This document shows, one piece after another, positions 16,520 to 29,800 of a stretch of DNA of 64,000 nt. The position numbers and the translations under genes were made by a program. The notes under the pieces are model-generated. The model saw only the letters and a list, made by a program, of their open reading frames with translations, was not told the DNA's origin and ran no database searches. Source of the stretch: Eledone cirrhosa (taxonomy: Eukaryota). The stretch is from contig OZ024743.1 of assembly GCA_964016885.1 (NCBI GenBank), positions 271,932,001 to 271,996,000 on the forward strand, given 5' to 3'. Every line of letters begins with the position of its first letter. Position 1 is the first letter of the stretch.

Positions 16520-17010
16520 ATGTATACACTTCAAACTTACCAACCTGAATACAAAAACCCATCTCGGATCATACTAGATACAAAAACCCACACCACCCCA
16601 TCCATATACACACATACACACACATACAATGCACTCCAAACATACACATGTGTACACATATTTCCACCAACAAGACACTTAACACCCACACGCATCATAA
16701 TATGCACCCACCTACACACAACCACCAACTACAGGTCTGCACCCCTCACTTCAACCACCACACCCACACACCGGACCACTCCCCACCCCTCTCTTTTTCT
16801 TTTGATTTTCTTTCTAATTTTATGTTAAATTATTTTTATCTTTTATTTTATTTTGGTTTTTTTCTTTTGTATTCTGTCTTTTTTTTACACTCTGAACGCT
16901 GTTTTTCCTGTTGAAGGGCAAAAATTGCCCGATATGTTGACTGTGTAACTCATTCTTTTTCTTTTAAGTGTGAAACTAATATGACTATGTTAATTTCTTC
17001 TTTCCTTGAT
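16520..17010 (+). mobile_element. Penelope 3' end relic with degenerate hammerhead (16908-16940)
   Basis: YTLQTYQPE resembles the Penelope terminal I..L.T..P.GLN motif; CTGTTGA-A-GGGCAA(aaa)TTGCCC-GATATGTTGA is a hammerhead with two core substitutions. Confidence 0.55.
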
Positions 17011-17327
17011 ATATATAAAGGTAAAGACCCCCTTTGATCATGAATGACCAGCAGTCGCCCATGCATCATACCACCGATGTTGTCCAAGGGAAAGGCAAAA
17101 GCCGATACAGTTTGGCACCAATGACATCACAACTCTTTTCTACAGCTGAGTGAACTGGAGCAACGTGAAATAAAGAATCAAACTCACAACCTCACGATTG
17201 TAAGCCCAAGGCTCTAACCACGCACCTTCACTACTCTACCCCCTTTATATTCAGTAAATTTTGAGTATGTGTTGGTTGTTTACCAACACCTCAGTACGCA
17301 GGTTGGTTTGTTTACTCCGGAGTAATG

Positions 17328-17743
17328 TAAAATAAAATATGTAAGTCAAACATGTTAAAGTTTGCTTCGTTTATTCTAATTCTCTGCTCTATATATTTCA
17401 GTGACAACCATTATTGGCTGTGACCTCATCAGGCAGTAAGAATTAAATGTAGAAAAAAACAGGTAAACATGGTGTTGTAATGTGTTCTACCCTGTTAATT
17501 CATCGATATGTCCAGCTCCTGGGTGTGTTGTTAGTCCTCTGAGGACTAACAACATACCCAGGAGCTGGACTTGATGAATTAACAGAGTGGAACACATTAC
17601 AACACCATGTTTACCTGTTTTTTTCTACATTAATTCTTACTGCCTGATGAGGTCACAGCCAATAATGGTTGTCACTGAAATATATAGAGCAGAGAATTAG
17701 AATAAACGAAGCAAACTTTAACATGTTTGACTTACACATTTTA

Positions 17744-17748
<5 letters not shown>
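17328..17748. repeat. ~420-bp near-perfect palindrome (1-nt centre at 17540) with a hammerhead motif in each arm
   Basis: Centre GTTAGTCCTC-T-GAGGACTAAC; arms differ by only a few substitutions and small indels; hammerhead motifs at 17384-17436 (-) and 17640-17692 (+). Confidence 0.92.
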
Positions 17749-17777
<29 letters not shown>

Positions 17778-17782
17778 TATTT

Positions 17783-17995
17783 TATTTAATTATATAATAA
17801 ACAACATAATATAATTATTCCATTACCCAAGGTTTCATGAAGTTAGTCGATTCTAACAGATACGTCTGTTTCGTTCATGAGATGAAAAGATATTTCATCT
17901 GATGAACGAAACACGTTTCTTTTAGAATCGTCTAACTTTGTGAAACCTTGGGTAATGGAATAATTATATTATGTTGTTTATTACATAATTAAATA
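17783..17995. repeat. Second fold-back, ~105-bp arms with a 5-nt loop
   Basis: TATTTAATTATATAATAAACAACATAATATAATTATTCCATTACCCAAGGTTTCA... mirrored; centre GATGAAA-AGATA-TTTCATC. Confidence 0.9.
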
Positions 17996-18059
17996 GCTCT
18001 GTACTATACATAGAGCACTCTTCTTTCCTTTACCTTTTCTACGGAAATACTTAACACAG

Positions 18060-18093
<34 letters not shown>

Positions 18094-20077
18094 TTTTTTT
18101 TTTTAAAGTTGAGACAGTAAACAGAAAACAAAAAAAACGTGGAAGTAAAGAGGCAGTACAAATGCTATTATTAGTTTCACGCTTGAGAGTGAGGGGTGGA
18201 GAAAGATTATATGGATCTAAAAGAAAAATTCTTTTAGCAGAGTGAAAGCAGGCTGATCTACTCCTCTACTGAAAACTAAAGTAGCCTCATGTTCATTTCA
18301 AATCAGATGATATGAACATTGTCATTGATTATGGGCATCATAACTAATTTACATTTTCAAGAAGAATGTGGAAAAGTATCAATAAAGATTTTAATCAAGT
18401 AACTGTTTATTTCTTAGAAAATTCATATATTTTTTACTTTTAAATATTCTAGTGGAGTGCCTGTCCCGTGTAAATGCTGTGTTGTTTCGATTATAGGAAA
18501 GTCAATCAAATAATTTAATATGCACTGAAAATTATCTTGTGTTGTTTCTATTAATCCCCACCACTATAATTATAGCCTTACCTTTCCATATTTGTGTTTG
18601 TTAAATATAACTAAACTATAGTTACCGTAACAAGAATTTAGTGTCCTCACCCACCCGCTTTGTTTTCTCACAACTTTCTTTATTATTCATATTTTTACAT
18701 AGAATTATTTTCATGTGTTTTGGAGTGTTGTTTTTGTGAGGTTCCTGGTGATGGTTGGTTGTATTTGTTATATGTGTTTATCAACATTATATTTGTAATG
18801 TTATTCTGAAAGAATTGTAATTTGTAATGTTATATATGTATTTATAATGTTATTTATACAACTGTGAATAAAATTATTTTCCAATTATAGTTATCTCAAA
18901 TTATAATAATCAAAATGATATTACATTCCTGTAGAAAATCTATATTAGTCTGATTGATATTATTACTTATTAATGTGAAATTAGAAGGCAGAATTACAAA
19001 ATTTCTGAGTTTAAGTTTAGCCTAATTACATATACAGATTGAAAGTATATACTAATGGAAGTATTAAGAAATGGAAATAAGCATTAATGAAAGTACTTCT
19101 TTTTTATTCTTCATCACCCATTTATTTCTAGGAGAGTCATGGGGGCAAAGTCCTCAAATATACCTTCCATTGGGTCCTTTCAGAAGCAACTATCTCCAAT
19201 TGATCCAACTGGATCCCAAAACTAGACCAACAAGGCTCATGGAAATTTGGGTCTGCTGCCAGTCAATTTTTGCCCATAAAATCTGTAAAGCAATTCTTTC
19301 CTGAGACATTCTAACCTCATGTCCATAGTACCAGAGCTATGTTCTATCAATTCTATATAATAATGATCCACACCCTAAAAAAATGTACCTACCACTGCAA
19401 AATTGCATTTAAAAATGCATTATTAAATGAAATATAAAGAAACAACTTTGAGTATAGTAGTGGTGTATATATTAGTTATGCCCTAGAGGTCATGTACGAT
19501 AGCTAACATATTCAAAATATATAAATTAATTGTTTTAAAAATTATTTTCAGAAATTGTCTACTAGTAAAGTTAAATGAAGATAAGAAGGTTAAAAAAAAT
19601 GGTACAGATGAGTTTTCAATCCTTCAAACCCCACTTTATCTAAAAAAAAAAAAAAGAAAATGTTCTTGTTATAAAGGGAAATGATCGAATATCTTCCTAT
19701 ATTGGCCAGCTGTCAAGTCATTGTGATATACTCATATACAAATATATTTTCAATTGTAGAAGGATTATATTGTAGTTAGATGTTTAAATTCTTCTATTGA
19801 ATATGATGCATTAAATTATACGTTTACTAGACTTTGTAAAAAGATTATGCTAAACCAGAGTAACATTGATGGTCTGATATGTAGCACTGCCATATATATA
19901 TATGTATATATCATCCTTACTGTTTAATGCCTATATTCTATGCCTGACAGATGTAGATGGGTGATAACATTATGAGGCCATGCAGGTCAGGTGACCATGC
20001 TTTGCTCATACATTTCAGATTTGGGTCTGGATTTCTATGGCTGGGTGCCCTTCCAAATGCCAACTACATTACAGCAC

Positions 20078-20156
<79 letters not shown>

Positions 20157-20662
20157 CTCATACATATACACCTATGCCTTCATGTGTGATAAGTGCACAT
20201 TCAGAAATAGATAGATTCTTATGCACAAAAATAAGTTTCCAAAATGCTTTCACATACCAATTTTAAATTATGTGAAAAACCTGACTATATTTTTGGTGAT
20301 TTGGAATTATTTCACAGTTTCTTGCATAGCTCTACAAGGGATGGAGGTGATGGGTACGATATTATGATGTTCATACCATTCCCTATGACATTTGAATTGA
20401 AAGGAACATAGCTTCGAGCTGGGATTGAAACAGGCTTGTTGACTTAGCTATTATTGAGCTGGGTCAACTTATATAATGGTATTTGTCTTTCTGGAGAATT
20501 AATAAATCAATAAATTAATAAATTCAATAGATTTGTTTTGTTTTTTTTTAGTTTTTTTTTTAACACTGACAATCACAATACAATATGAAAAAAAAAATTC
20601 AAATGAATTTGGTTATTCAAAATTTTGTCACATACTCACGTGCACACACACATACACACATA

Positions 20663-20694
<32 letters not shown>

Positions 20695-21535
20695 CATACG
20701 CACATACATATGTATATATATATACATATGTGTGTGCATGTATATATATATATATATACACATACATATGTATATACATATATATATATACACATACATA
20801 TGTATATACATATATATATATACATACGTATGTATGTATATACTTATATATAAATGTATACACGCACACATATTAGAGAGAGAAATAAAAAGAGAGAGAC
20901 AAAGAAATACAAGAGTCTCAATGTGGATGATGGAGTCAGTTCTGCTTCTTTGTCATTTCTTGTAGTTCTTTCAAATACATTCCTCATCCAAGAATTGTTT
21001 ATTTTGCCTTAACAAACAATGAATCGCTAAAATGAGGATGAAGTGAAGTCCATGCCCTTTTTCAAAGGTCCTTAATTAGAATGAAAATAGAATAAAGTCA
21101 ATTTGCTTCGTGCAAAAATTGAACTCAGGCCATCTAGTTGTCTGGTCCTTAACGTGTCCATCTAGAGTGTTCACAGAATAAATTTTTTTGAGTGATGTTG
21201 ATTTTAAAAAAAAATGAATTCTATATGATTTCAAATCAAATCAAATCAAATCTATATCCGCCACCCAACTTTTTTTCTTTATATTTCAGTAGGGTTTTGA
21301 GAACAGGGTTTTCATTTGTGAGATGATGTAAAAATGTGTGGTCAGGATTTTTAAAAGGATAAAAAAAAAAAAAATTAAGGATAAAAATAAATAAATTTTT
21401 CTGAGTTTCTGGTCAGAAGAGGTGAGGTTTGGTCTCTATATTATGATAAATGTGCGTTGAGGTGAAGGGTGGTGAAAAGTTAATATTCTCCACCATTAAT
21501 AACTTACAAAACATCAATTCTGAGTCATATATAAA

Positions 21536-21852
21536 CTCTTGGGTCTTGAATAATCCCCCCCCCCCCCCGCCCCCTGCTTGTTAATTTTTCAGATTTTTTG
21601 CAATGCCCTCTGCTTATTAAATCTTGCTAATCTGCCTCCAGCAAAATTTTGTTTTATGTGGTAGCATTCCTGTGATAACTAATTTTCTTTAGACATTAAA
21701 AACCATAATACATGACAAAAAAGAGCATTACTACCAATCCAATACGTTATAAAATTAATAGGATAGGTTGGGGTCTCAATAAGTAAACTAACCAACTAAT
21801 TCTGATTTCTAAAATAATCAAGGGAGACAACCTATTATTTGCGACCCAAGAG
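21536..21852. mobile_element. Tc1/mariner-pogo-type MITE
   Basis: Terminal inverted repeats CTCTTGGGTCTTGAATAAT / ATTATTTGCGACCCAAGAG; TA on the right flank, AA on the left. Confidence 0.6.
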
Positions 21853-21869
21853 TACAAGTGTGTGTGTGA

Positions 21870-21920
<51 letters not shown>

Positions 21921-22759
21921 TAAATATATATATATTTTTTCAACTGTTTCTTACTGCATTGGTCTGGTTGAGAGCTTATGGCTAGAATTCAGTTTTTGAA
22001 TTTCCTGCCACTGCATTTCCTCACAACAATCAGTTTGATTAGTCTCCTGTATGGAAGGTCACATCTCACTACAAGCCTGAAACAGCTACATTTGCTGACG
22101 GCAGGGACTAGACTGTCTTTATAGACAAACTTTTCCATTTGAGGAGCAAACAATCACCCGCTGAGGATGTATTACAGTGTCCAGTTGTGTAATGTCTAGA
22201 TATTACACAACTAGTGTGGATAACAGTTGCAGTTATAACTGTTATGAACAAACTACAGCACAGAAACTATCTATAGTCTGGGTTTATATGATATACAACT
22301 ATCATTATCCACATTCCCTTATTCCCTTACTAATAATGTATTTTGTACACTCTGAATTATAAGTTTGTAATTTCTTACATACAAATCTTATATCATTGAG
22401 TGAGAAAGGAACAGCCAGGGCTGCACAGATTCTCTTTCGGCTAGCTTCGTTAACCAATATTCATATATATAACACGTGTGCATGCACATGTACACACTAA
22501 AAACAAGAACAAAGAAAAATAGACCTGTTGTTAGTATAGTAGAAATATAGTAAGAGAGGTTCACAAGTAAGTAGTCAAACCAACATAAATATTTACATAT
22601 ATTGATGAAAACAAATATCGATACTCTGACATTGTAAAAAATAGAGCATATATATTTTCATTTTCAACCAGTGTTATTGTTATTATTATTGTTAATAACT
22701 ATAATAAAAGACATCATCACTAAAGTTCTTTACAATAAGACATAAATTATAATTAATGA

Positions 22760-23330
22760 TTTCTAAACTAAGCACAAGGCCTGATATTTGTGGGGGAAAG
22801 AGAAAAGTTGAGTATATTCGACTAGTATTTTATTTAATCGACCCCAGGAGGATGAAAAGGAAAGTTAAATCTCATTCAAATCCTGCCAGGGTCAACTTCA
22901 GTATATGACTGGTACTTTATTTAATTGACCCCAAGGGAATGAAAGGGAAAGTTGACCTCATTCAAATCCTGCCAGGGTCAACTTTAGTATTTGACTGGTA
23001 CTTTATTTAAACGACCCCAGGAGAATCAAATGGAAAGTTGACCTCATTCAAATCCTGCCAGGGTCAACTTCAGTATTTGACTGGTACTTTATTTAAACGA
23101 CCCCAGGAGAATCAAATGGAAAGTTGACCTCATTCAAATCCTGCCAGGGTCAACTTCAGTATTTGACTGGTACTTTATTTAAACGACCCCAGGAGAATCA
23201 AATGGAAAGTTGACCTCATTCAAATCCTGCAGGGGGTCAACTTTGCTTTTCATTCTTCTGGGTGTCAATAAAATAAAGTACAACCCAAATTGCTAGCCTT
23301 GTGCCAAAATTAAAAATCATTATTATTATT
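22760..23330. repeat. 86-bp tandem repeat (~5 units) built from a head-to-head SINE-B junction
   Basis: GACCTCATTCAAATCC at 22954, 23040, 23126 and 23212. Left flank is a minus-strand SINE-B, right flank a plus-strand SINE-B. Confidence 0.85.
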
Positions 23331-23688
23331 ATTATATCATTGCTATCATTGTGTTCCATTGTAAAGAACTTCTTTGGCAGGTGGGAGAGGAAAATGTATA
23401 AAGAGAGTTAATTGGGAAAATTTGTTCATACTTTTCAATGTACAAAATAAGTTTTCTTTCTTCTTTGTTACATAGGCTTTGTGGGGGATTATGCCACATG
23501 ATTCAGTAAGCTTCATTAACAATGATGGGTAAAATCTGAATTTTATGATATAATGTTACCATAAAAAAACACCAAAATGGTTAAATAACGTTTTGCTATA
23601 GCTTTTAATCTTTTTTTTTTAGGGAGACGTGGGAAAATTATTTTCAAAATTTACAATTATTAATTATGCCTTGTCATACTACTTATAT

Positions 23689-23742
<54 letters not shown>

Positions 23743-23810
23743 AAAAGTTGTGTGTGAAGCTCGAATTTTCCAACTTACTAAGTGCCAAGGAAATACATTT
23801 ATTAGATCTA

Positions 23811-24035
23811 GGAAGCTCAGATGCAAAAAAATAACTACAATTACAGTCAGTTCCTATAACATAGTTTATAAAAATTAGGTAAAGACCCATAGGCATGGAA
23901 AAATGTTGAGATAGGGAGTTCTTCATTGTGGTTGCTGACAACATTTTTCCATCTCTAGATATCTTTAACCACTTTTTTAAAGCTATTTTATAGCAACTGA
24001 CTGTAATTGCAGTTATTTTCTGCATCTGAGCTTCC
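23811..24035. mobile_element. Fold-back MITE with ~75-bp arms and TA target duplication
   Basis: TA-GGAAGCTCAGATGCA...TGCATCTGAGCTTCC-TA. Confidence 0.8.
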
Positions 24036-24077
<42 letters not shown>

Positions 24078-24156
24078 TATATATATATACACACACAGAC
24101 ATATATATATAGACATATATATACATAGACATGTATGTAGACATATACATAGACAT

Positions 24157-24237
<81 letters not shown>

Positions 24238-24260
24238 CTATGCATATAATCATATACACA

Positions 24261-24299
<39 letters not shown>

Positions 24300-24383
24300 T
24301 ATAGAGAGATATACATATATACAAACATATACATACATACATCTATGCATATATATATACATATAGAATCATATACACACACA

Positions 24384-24424
<41 letters not shown>

Positions 24425-26684
24425 CAATCCTTGGATGATTGTGATAAATAGAACAAACTTTAGATGCTTAAATGCCATAAACAGCTTCTGATTGGATGTA
24501 GAGGAATGGGCAGATCTCAGTTAATGAAAGAAATTGTAATCATCTACATCATTATTTAATGTCTTCCCTGCTAGCAAGTGTTGGATGGGTCATCACTACT
24601 CAAGTTGAGCTATTGACCTCTATATATATATGTTAGTTAATAACATTTCAACAGAGCTGGGTTTTCACAAGTATTCACATGTGTTCTAGGACTTTCTTCC
24701 TAGAAGATATGAAAGTAATTGTGAAAATACTGCATCATGCTTACATATATTCCTGCACTTAACCTCCTGCTCAGACAAGCCAGAGGTTCACATGTCACTT
24801 ATATACATTCCTGCACTTTAACAAATACATTATTTTATGGCACCAACAATTGTTATTTGAAAATTTATCCACTTCCTGACTTTTTTCCTCTGGTTAAGAG
24901 ATTAAGGAAGGGCCTGTATATATTTAAGGATAACTGTGATATAAACTATATATAAATTAACATTTTCATTCAAATATACTTTTAATTCTTAATTTTTAAT
25001 GTTGAAAGAAAGCATGGTATCATTTCACTTTAATACATTTTTTCATCAACCATCCCTTTTCAATCAATGAAAATATATTTTTCAGATAAATACTAGTATC
25101 TAGGATACTCTGCACACTATCAACTGAAAAATACACAGGCCACCAACATTGCTACCACAATGATACATGCCTGAACAATGTGAGAGAATGCCCTCCAATA
25201 TGCAGAACCATGTATGCATGTTGCCTCATGGTCACTGTAGACAATAGAGAAAGTGTTACTTCAAAGGATAGTGAGGGAGATCCGTTGAAATAGCCAATGC
25301 AACTCTCAGGGCTTACTCATGCAGGTGGCCATCCCAAGAGGTGAGGTTATTTAGGGACCAAGAATGTTAAAAGTCTCCAGCACTTTAGGTACCTGCAATG
25401 ATTTAGCAGTAAATATCCCAAAACTGTTTTAATTCAAATGTTTATAGTATCTTCATTAGTGGACAGATTGTTATACAATTTTGCAGTAAAGACAATTTTT
25501 AATGTGATGCTACCATAGTGCTGATCTGCACTTTTGAAGAATATCTTGCCAATGCAGTTTCCTGAAGTACAGTACATTAAGATTTAATTTATGATTCATA
25601 TTTTCCTTCATATTCACACCTTTCTGCACCTATTTATTTTGGTTTTCTATGTATAAATATTTTTATTACACAGTTTCCAACTTCAAACTCTTCTCCTAGT
25701 GAATTTTCAAATAACAGTTACTTTAGTTAATCAATCAGATCAAACCATTTTTCTTCATCCAATGAAAATCATGTTATGACATTATCAACCAATCAGATCA
25801 AACCCTTTTCCCCATCAAATCAAAATTATGCTATGAAATTCAGACATTTTCTTTTCTTTCTATAATGTATAATTTCCCTTGCCCATTTGATAACAATTGT
25901 TATAAGAACTGTAATGAGTAACATGAAAAAATGTCAGGTTCCACTAAATACAGTAACTCTACTTTCAGCATTGAATAATTCTTGTTCATATTCAAGTGTT
26001 GTATGTGTGTATGTATATATATATATATATACATACATACATAATATTATAGTTGCTCAAAGGAAATATTTTCTCATAATGTTTGTGTGTAAGTATTATA
26101 TATATTATATATAATTAATGTAATATATAGTAAATACAAATATACATATTTGTCAATATAGATGTAATTACTATACATAAGTTTTATATATCCAGATAAA
26201 GCTGTTATGAAACGGTCACAGAATGTCTTGACAGCCACCACTTTCCTGTCAAATGAACTGCTATGTATACAACCTGTGATCTCCTTGGGCAAGTTTCATA
26301 CCTCACCAATACATCCACAACACTTCTGATAATAAATCCACCATGGGGAAGTAAACATATATTCATTCTTTAGAAGAATGACTCCATATTTTTCTTAATT
26401 ACAACTGTGATGATAATGGTTATGATTTTATTATTATTATTGTTCTGATGATGATGATGACAGTGCTGGTGATATTCTATAAGTGCTTCTTAGTATTAAA
26501 TAAGATTTGTCTTCATTAACTTCAACAATTAGGCGAACATTCAGATCTAATATATAAGTTATACAACCACATATAATCCTTCCTACTCTGTGCTCAATTG
26601 TGTATGATTTCATTTAACATGATGGTGATATTATATGCACAAAAAGTAACAATTAGTTTTACTATTATACTCCATGTTTGGCAC

Positions 26685-26982
26685 ACAAGTTAACTGGACA
26701 CTAAGCTATTGTGGTTCACGGTTAGATAACTAGTTTGGCACTGAGTTGTTACTGCCTTGCTTGTCAGGGAGCCAGCTTGACATTAAATTGCTATGCTCTT
26801 TACTTGTTAAAGAACTAGCTTGGCACTAATTTGCTATGGCTCTTGCGCTTGTCAGTTGCTACATTCTTACTTGCCAGATAGCTAACTTAATACTGAGTTG
26901 CTACCACCCTTGCTTGTCAGAGAATAGCTTGGTATTAAGTTGCTACCATCCTTGCTTGTCAGATAGCTAGCTTGGCATTAGT
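26685..26982. repeat. Degenerate ~40-bp minisatellite
   Basis: Recurrent AGCTTGGCA(C/T)TAAGTTGCTA...CTTGCTTGTCAG units. Confidence 0.7.
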
Positions 26983-27670
26983 AGGTGTTGTTAGGTTAGT
27001 ACAGTGTTTGGGGAGATGGGCTAAATAAATTGTTAATGTATAATGTTGCAACAACTCTGGTGGGCAAGTGTTGATTATATTTTGTATTTTAATTGTCTTG
27101 GTGGGCAAGTATAGATTATATTTTAATTGTCACAGAGTTCCTGGTGGGTAGGTAAGTTACATATGAATGTAATAGCAATGAGATCACAATAATTATAAGA
27201 AGTCTGTGTGTGAACTCAACTACATAAAATGGCATTCACAAAGGGTTAAACAGTCAACTGTAATTAGACCACTAACGAAGATGGCTAATTAACCTTACAT
27301 ATACTGTAATAATTTAGCAGAAAATATCTAAAAACAGGTTTGTTAATCAAAATGTTTATAGTATCTTTACTAGTGAACAGATTGTTGGGAAAATTTGCAC
27401 TAAACTAAAGACTTTGATTTTAATATGATGCAATCAGTGTTGTTTTGTACTTTTGAAGATTGCCTTGCTAATAAGTGTATGTGTGAGTGAGTGTGCATAT
27501 ATATGTGTGTGTGAGTGAGTGAGTATGTGAGTGTGTGTGTATATGTGTTTAGTTTATTAAGGTTCATCCAATGTAATGGGTGACTGGATCAGCCTTAAGT
27601 AATTAATCTTTACTAAGGTATTGAGTACTCATTCAATTTTTGTCAATATATATGTGTGTGTGTGTGTGTA

Positions 27671-27740
<70 letters not shown>

Positions 27741-28559
27741 GGAACATAAGTTTTTTTTTTCTACAAGTATAAAGAAAAATATGTTACATATACTTGGAAA
27801 CTTTAGAAATATTTCTGTTAATTTTCCCAATTTCATGATTTTCAAAATATCGGAGCATAGCTATAATAAGAGATGGCAAAATGTGGAGATATGCCATAAC
27901 TGTTTCACTTTTGAGTTTGAAAATTTGTCTGTTTTTATGGAGAGAACATGGCTCAAATTGCTATCTGTTTAAGATTCAGTTTTAATGGTTGAAGATGGTC
28001 ACAAGATCAAGCATAGAATTTTGTTAGTTCTCTATGATATCAAAGTATTAGGGTCACGTATGTGACAATATGAAAAATAATTGCTGCATCAAATGTTGCA
28101 GCTGTTTTGGTCTGTGACAGTAGCAAAAGTTAAAGCTGTGTAAATTGAGTGTGCCCCTGCATGGCCTCAGCCTGTTGGCTGGAACAAATAAGAGAGTATG
28201 TCATGTAGCAGATATGTGTGTGTAGTTTTGTGTGTGAATGGTTATTAGTGAGTGTATCTTATTAAAGCTTTGGGGAATGTATCTTGTTAAAACTTATTCA
28301 GTCATGGCTTGTATTTCTTAATATATTTTCTGTATTTATCTGTGTTTGATCTGTGGTTCTGTTTCAACAAAAGTAAAGTGGGAAGACTTGGAATTTGGAG
28401 TATTTGTTTGTTGTATATAAGTGGAATCTGTCTAGTATAGGGATCCCATATTTATTGATGATGAATAGCCATTCTGTTTCTCATATTAAGTTTTGTTTGC
28501 CCTATGTAATCTTCATTAAATCCTTTACATATAACAGCATATATCAAATATTTTGATGA

Positions 28560-29270
28560 ACAGGTGATGTGCTTTTTTTTCAATGTGTCTTCTATAAAGT
28601 TGATGCATGTTCCACAGTTAGGGTGACCTTATTTTGGAATTGCTGATGTTGAGTGTAGAGGATCATTTTTGTGTTGATAAATAGATGTTTTAGGTAATTT
28701 GGGATCCTAGATAACTTATCAAAATTCTATGCCTGACCTTGTGATCATCTTCAATCAATCCAACTGTATCTGAAACAGATAGCAATTTAAGCCATGTTCT
28801 CTCCATGAAAATAAGCTAAGGCTTAAACTCAAGTCAATGGTAAAACAGTTATGGCATATATCTACATCCTTCCATCTCACACTACTTTTGAAAAATATGA
28901 AATTGTGAAACTAGTTCAGTTAATTTAAATAAATCTCCTTAAAGACTGAGTGCATTTTCAACTTCTTTGCCCACTTATTCTTGGTAGAGTATATGAAGAA
29001 GAGTCCTCAGACACGCCTTCAAAAGAGTCCTATCAGAAGCAATTGTCTCTAATTGATCCGGCAGAATCCCTAAGCCAGACCAACCAAGCTAATGGATGTC
29101 ATCCAAGCATTTCAGTCATGGTCTACCTCTGGGTCTCCTACCAGTTGTTGTTGTTTTTTAATATATATATATTAATACACCTTTACTCATGTACTACTCT
29201 GAGTTCCATGCTTAGTAATCCATCAGGTAAGAGATGCATTATTTGTAAGAGTAATTCAGGTTGCATGTCA
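28560..29270 (-). mobile_element. Old RTE LINE relic
   Basis: Minus strand GRRPRGRP..KCLDDIH.LGWSGLG C-terminal motif plus degenerate upstream RT sequence. Confidence 0.5.
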
Positions 29271-29409
29271 GATAACCTAAGAAAGTAAAACCATAGGGAA
29301 GCTACATAGAGTGCAACACAAATATCCAATTGACAGCTTCACTACTACATACACTAACATTACTATTATTATCATCATCATTACTACTACCACTTCCACT
29401 GGCACTGCT

Positions 29410-29800
29410 TTATTATTATTATTGTTATTATTATTAATCTTATTTTCATTGCTTGTCATCACTGAATTACTGAGCACAGCTGTGTGTCTTGGTTATGTGC
29501 AGTGTCATTTTTGGTGGTGCTGTTTCTATTGTATTGAGAGTACTCTTTGTAATATGTGTGTTGTGCCTAGTAGTGCTATTTTCTGTATGCTGTATATATT
29601 TGTAAGTCCTGGTGTTTGGGTTATGTATCTATGTTATTTTTTATCATTCCCAGAGCACTTATTATTATGGGAGTTGTTTCTGTTTGCATCATCAACATTC
29701 AAGTTATTTCTATCTCCAGATCTCTAGATAATTTCTCCATTCCCTTGATGGATATATTGTCACATGTGAGGATTGATACATCAATTAAAAGACATTGGCC
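29410..29800 (-). mobile_element. R4/Dong-type LINE 3' end (restriction-like endonuclease) with (TAA)n tail
   Basis: CLLIDVSI..CDNISIKGMEKLS..DLEIEI...PIIISALGMIK and IQKIALLGTTHILQRVLSIQ*, followed by (TAA)n. Confidence 0.75.
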
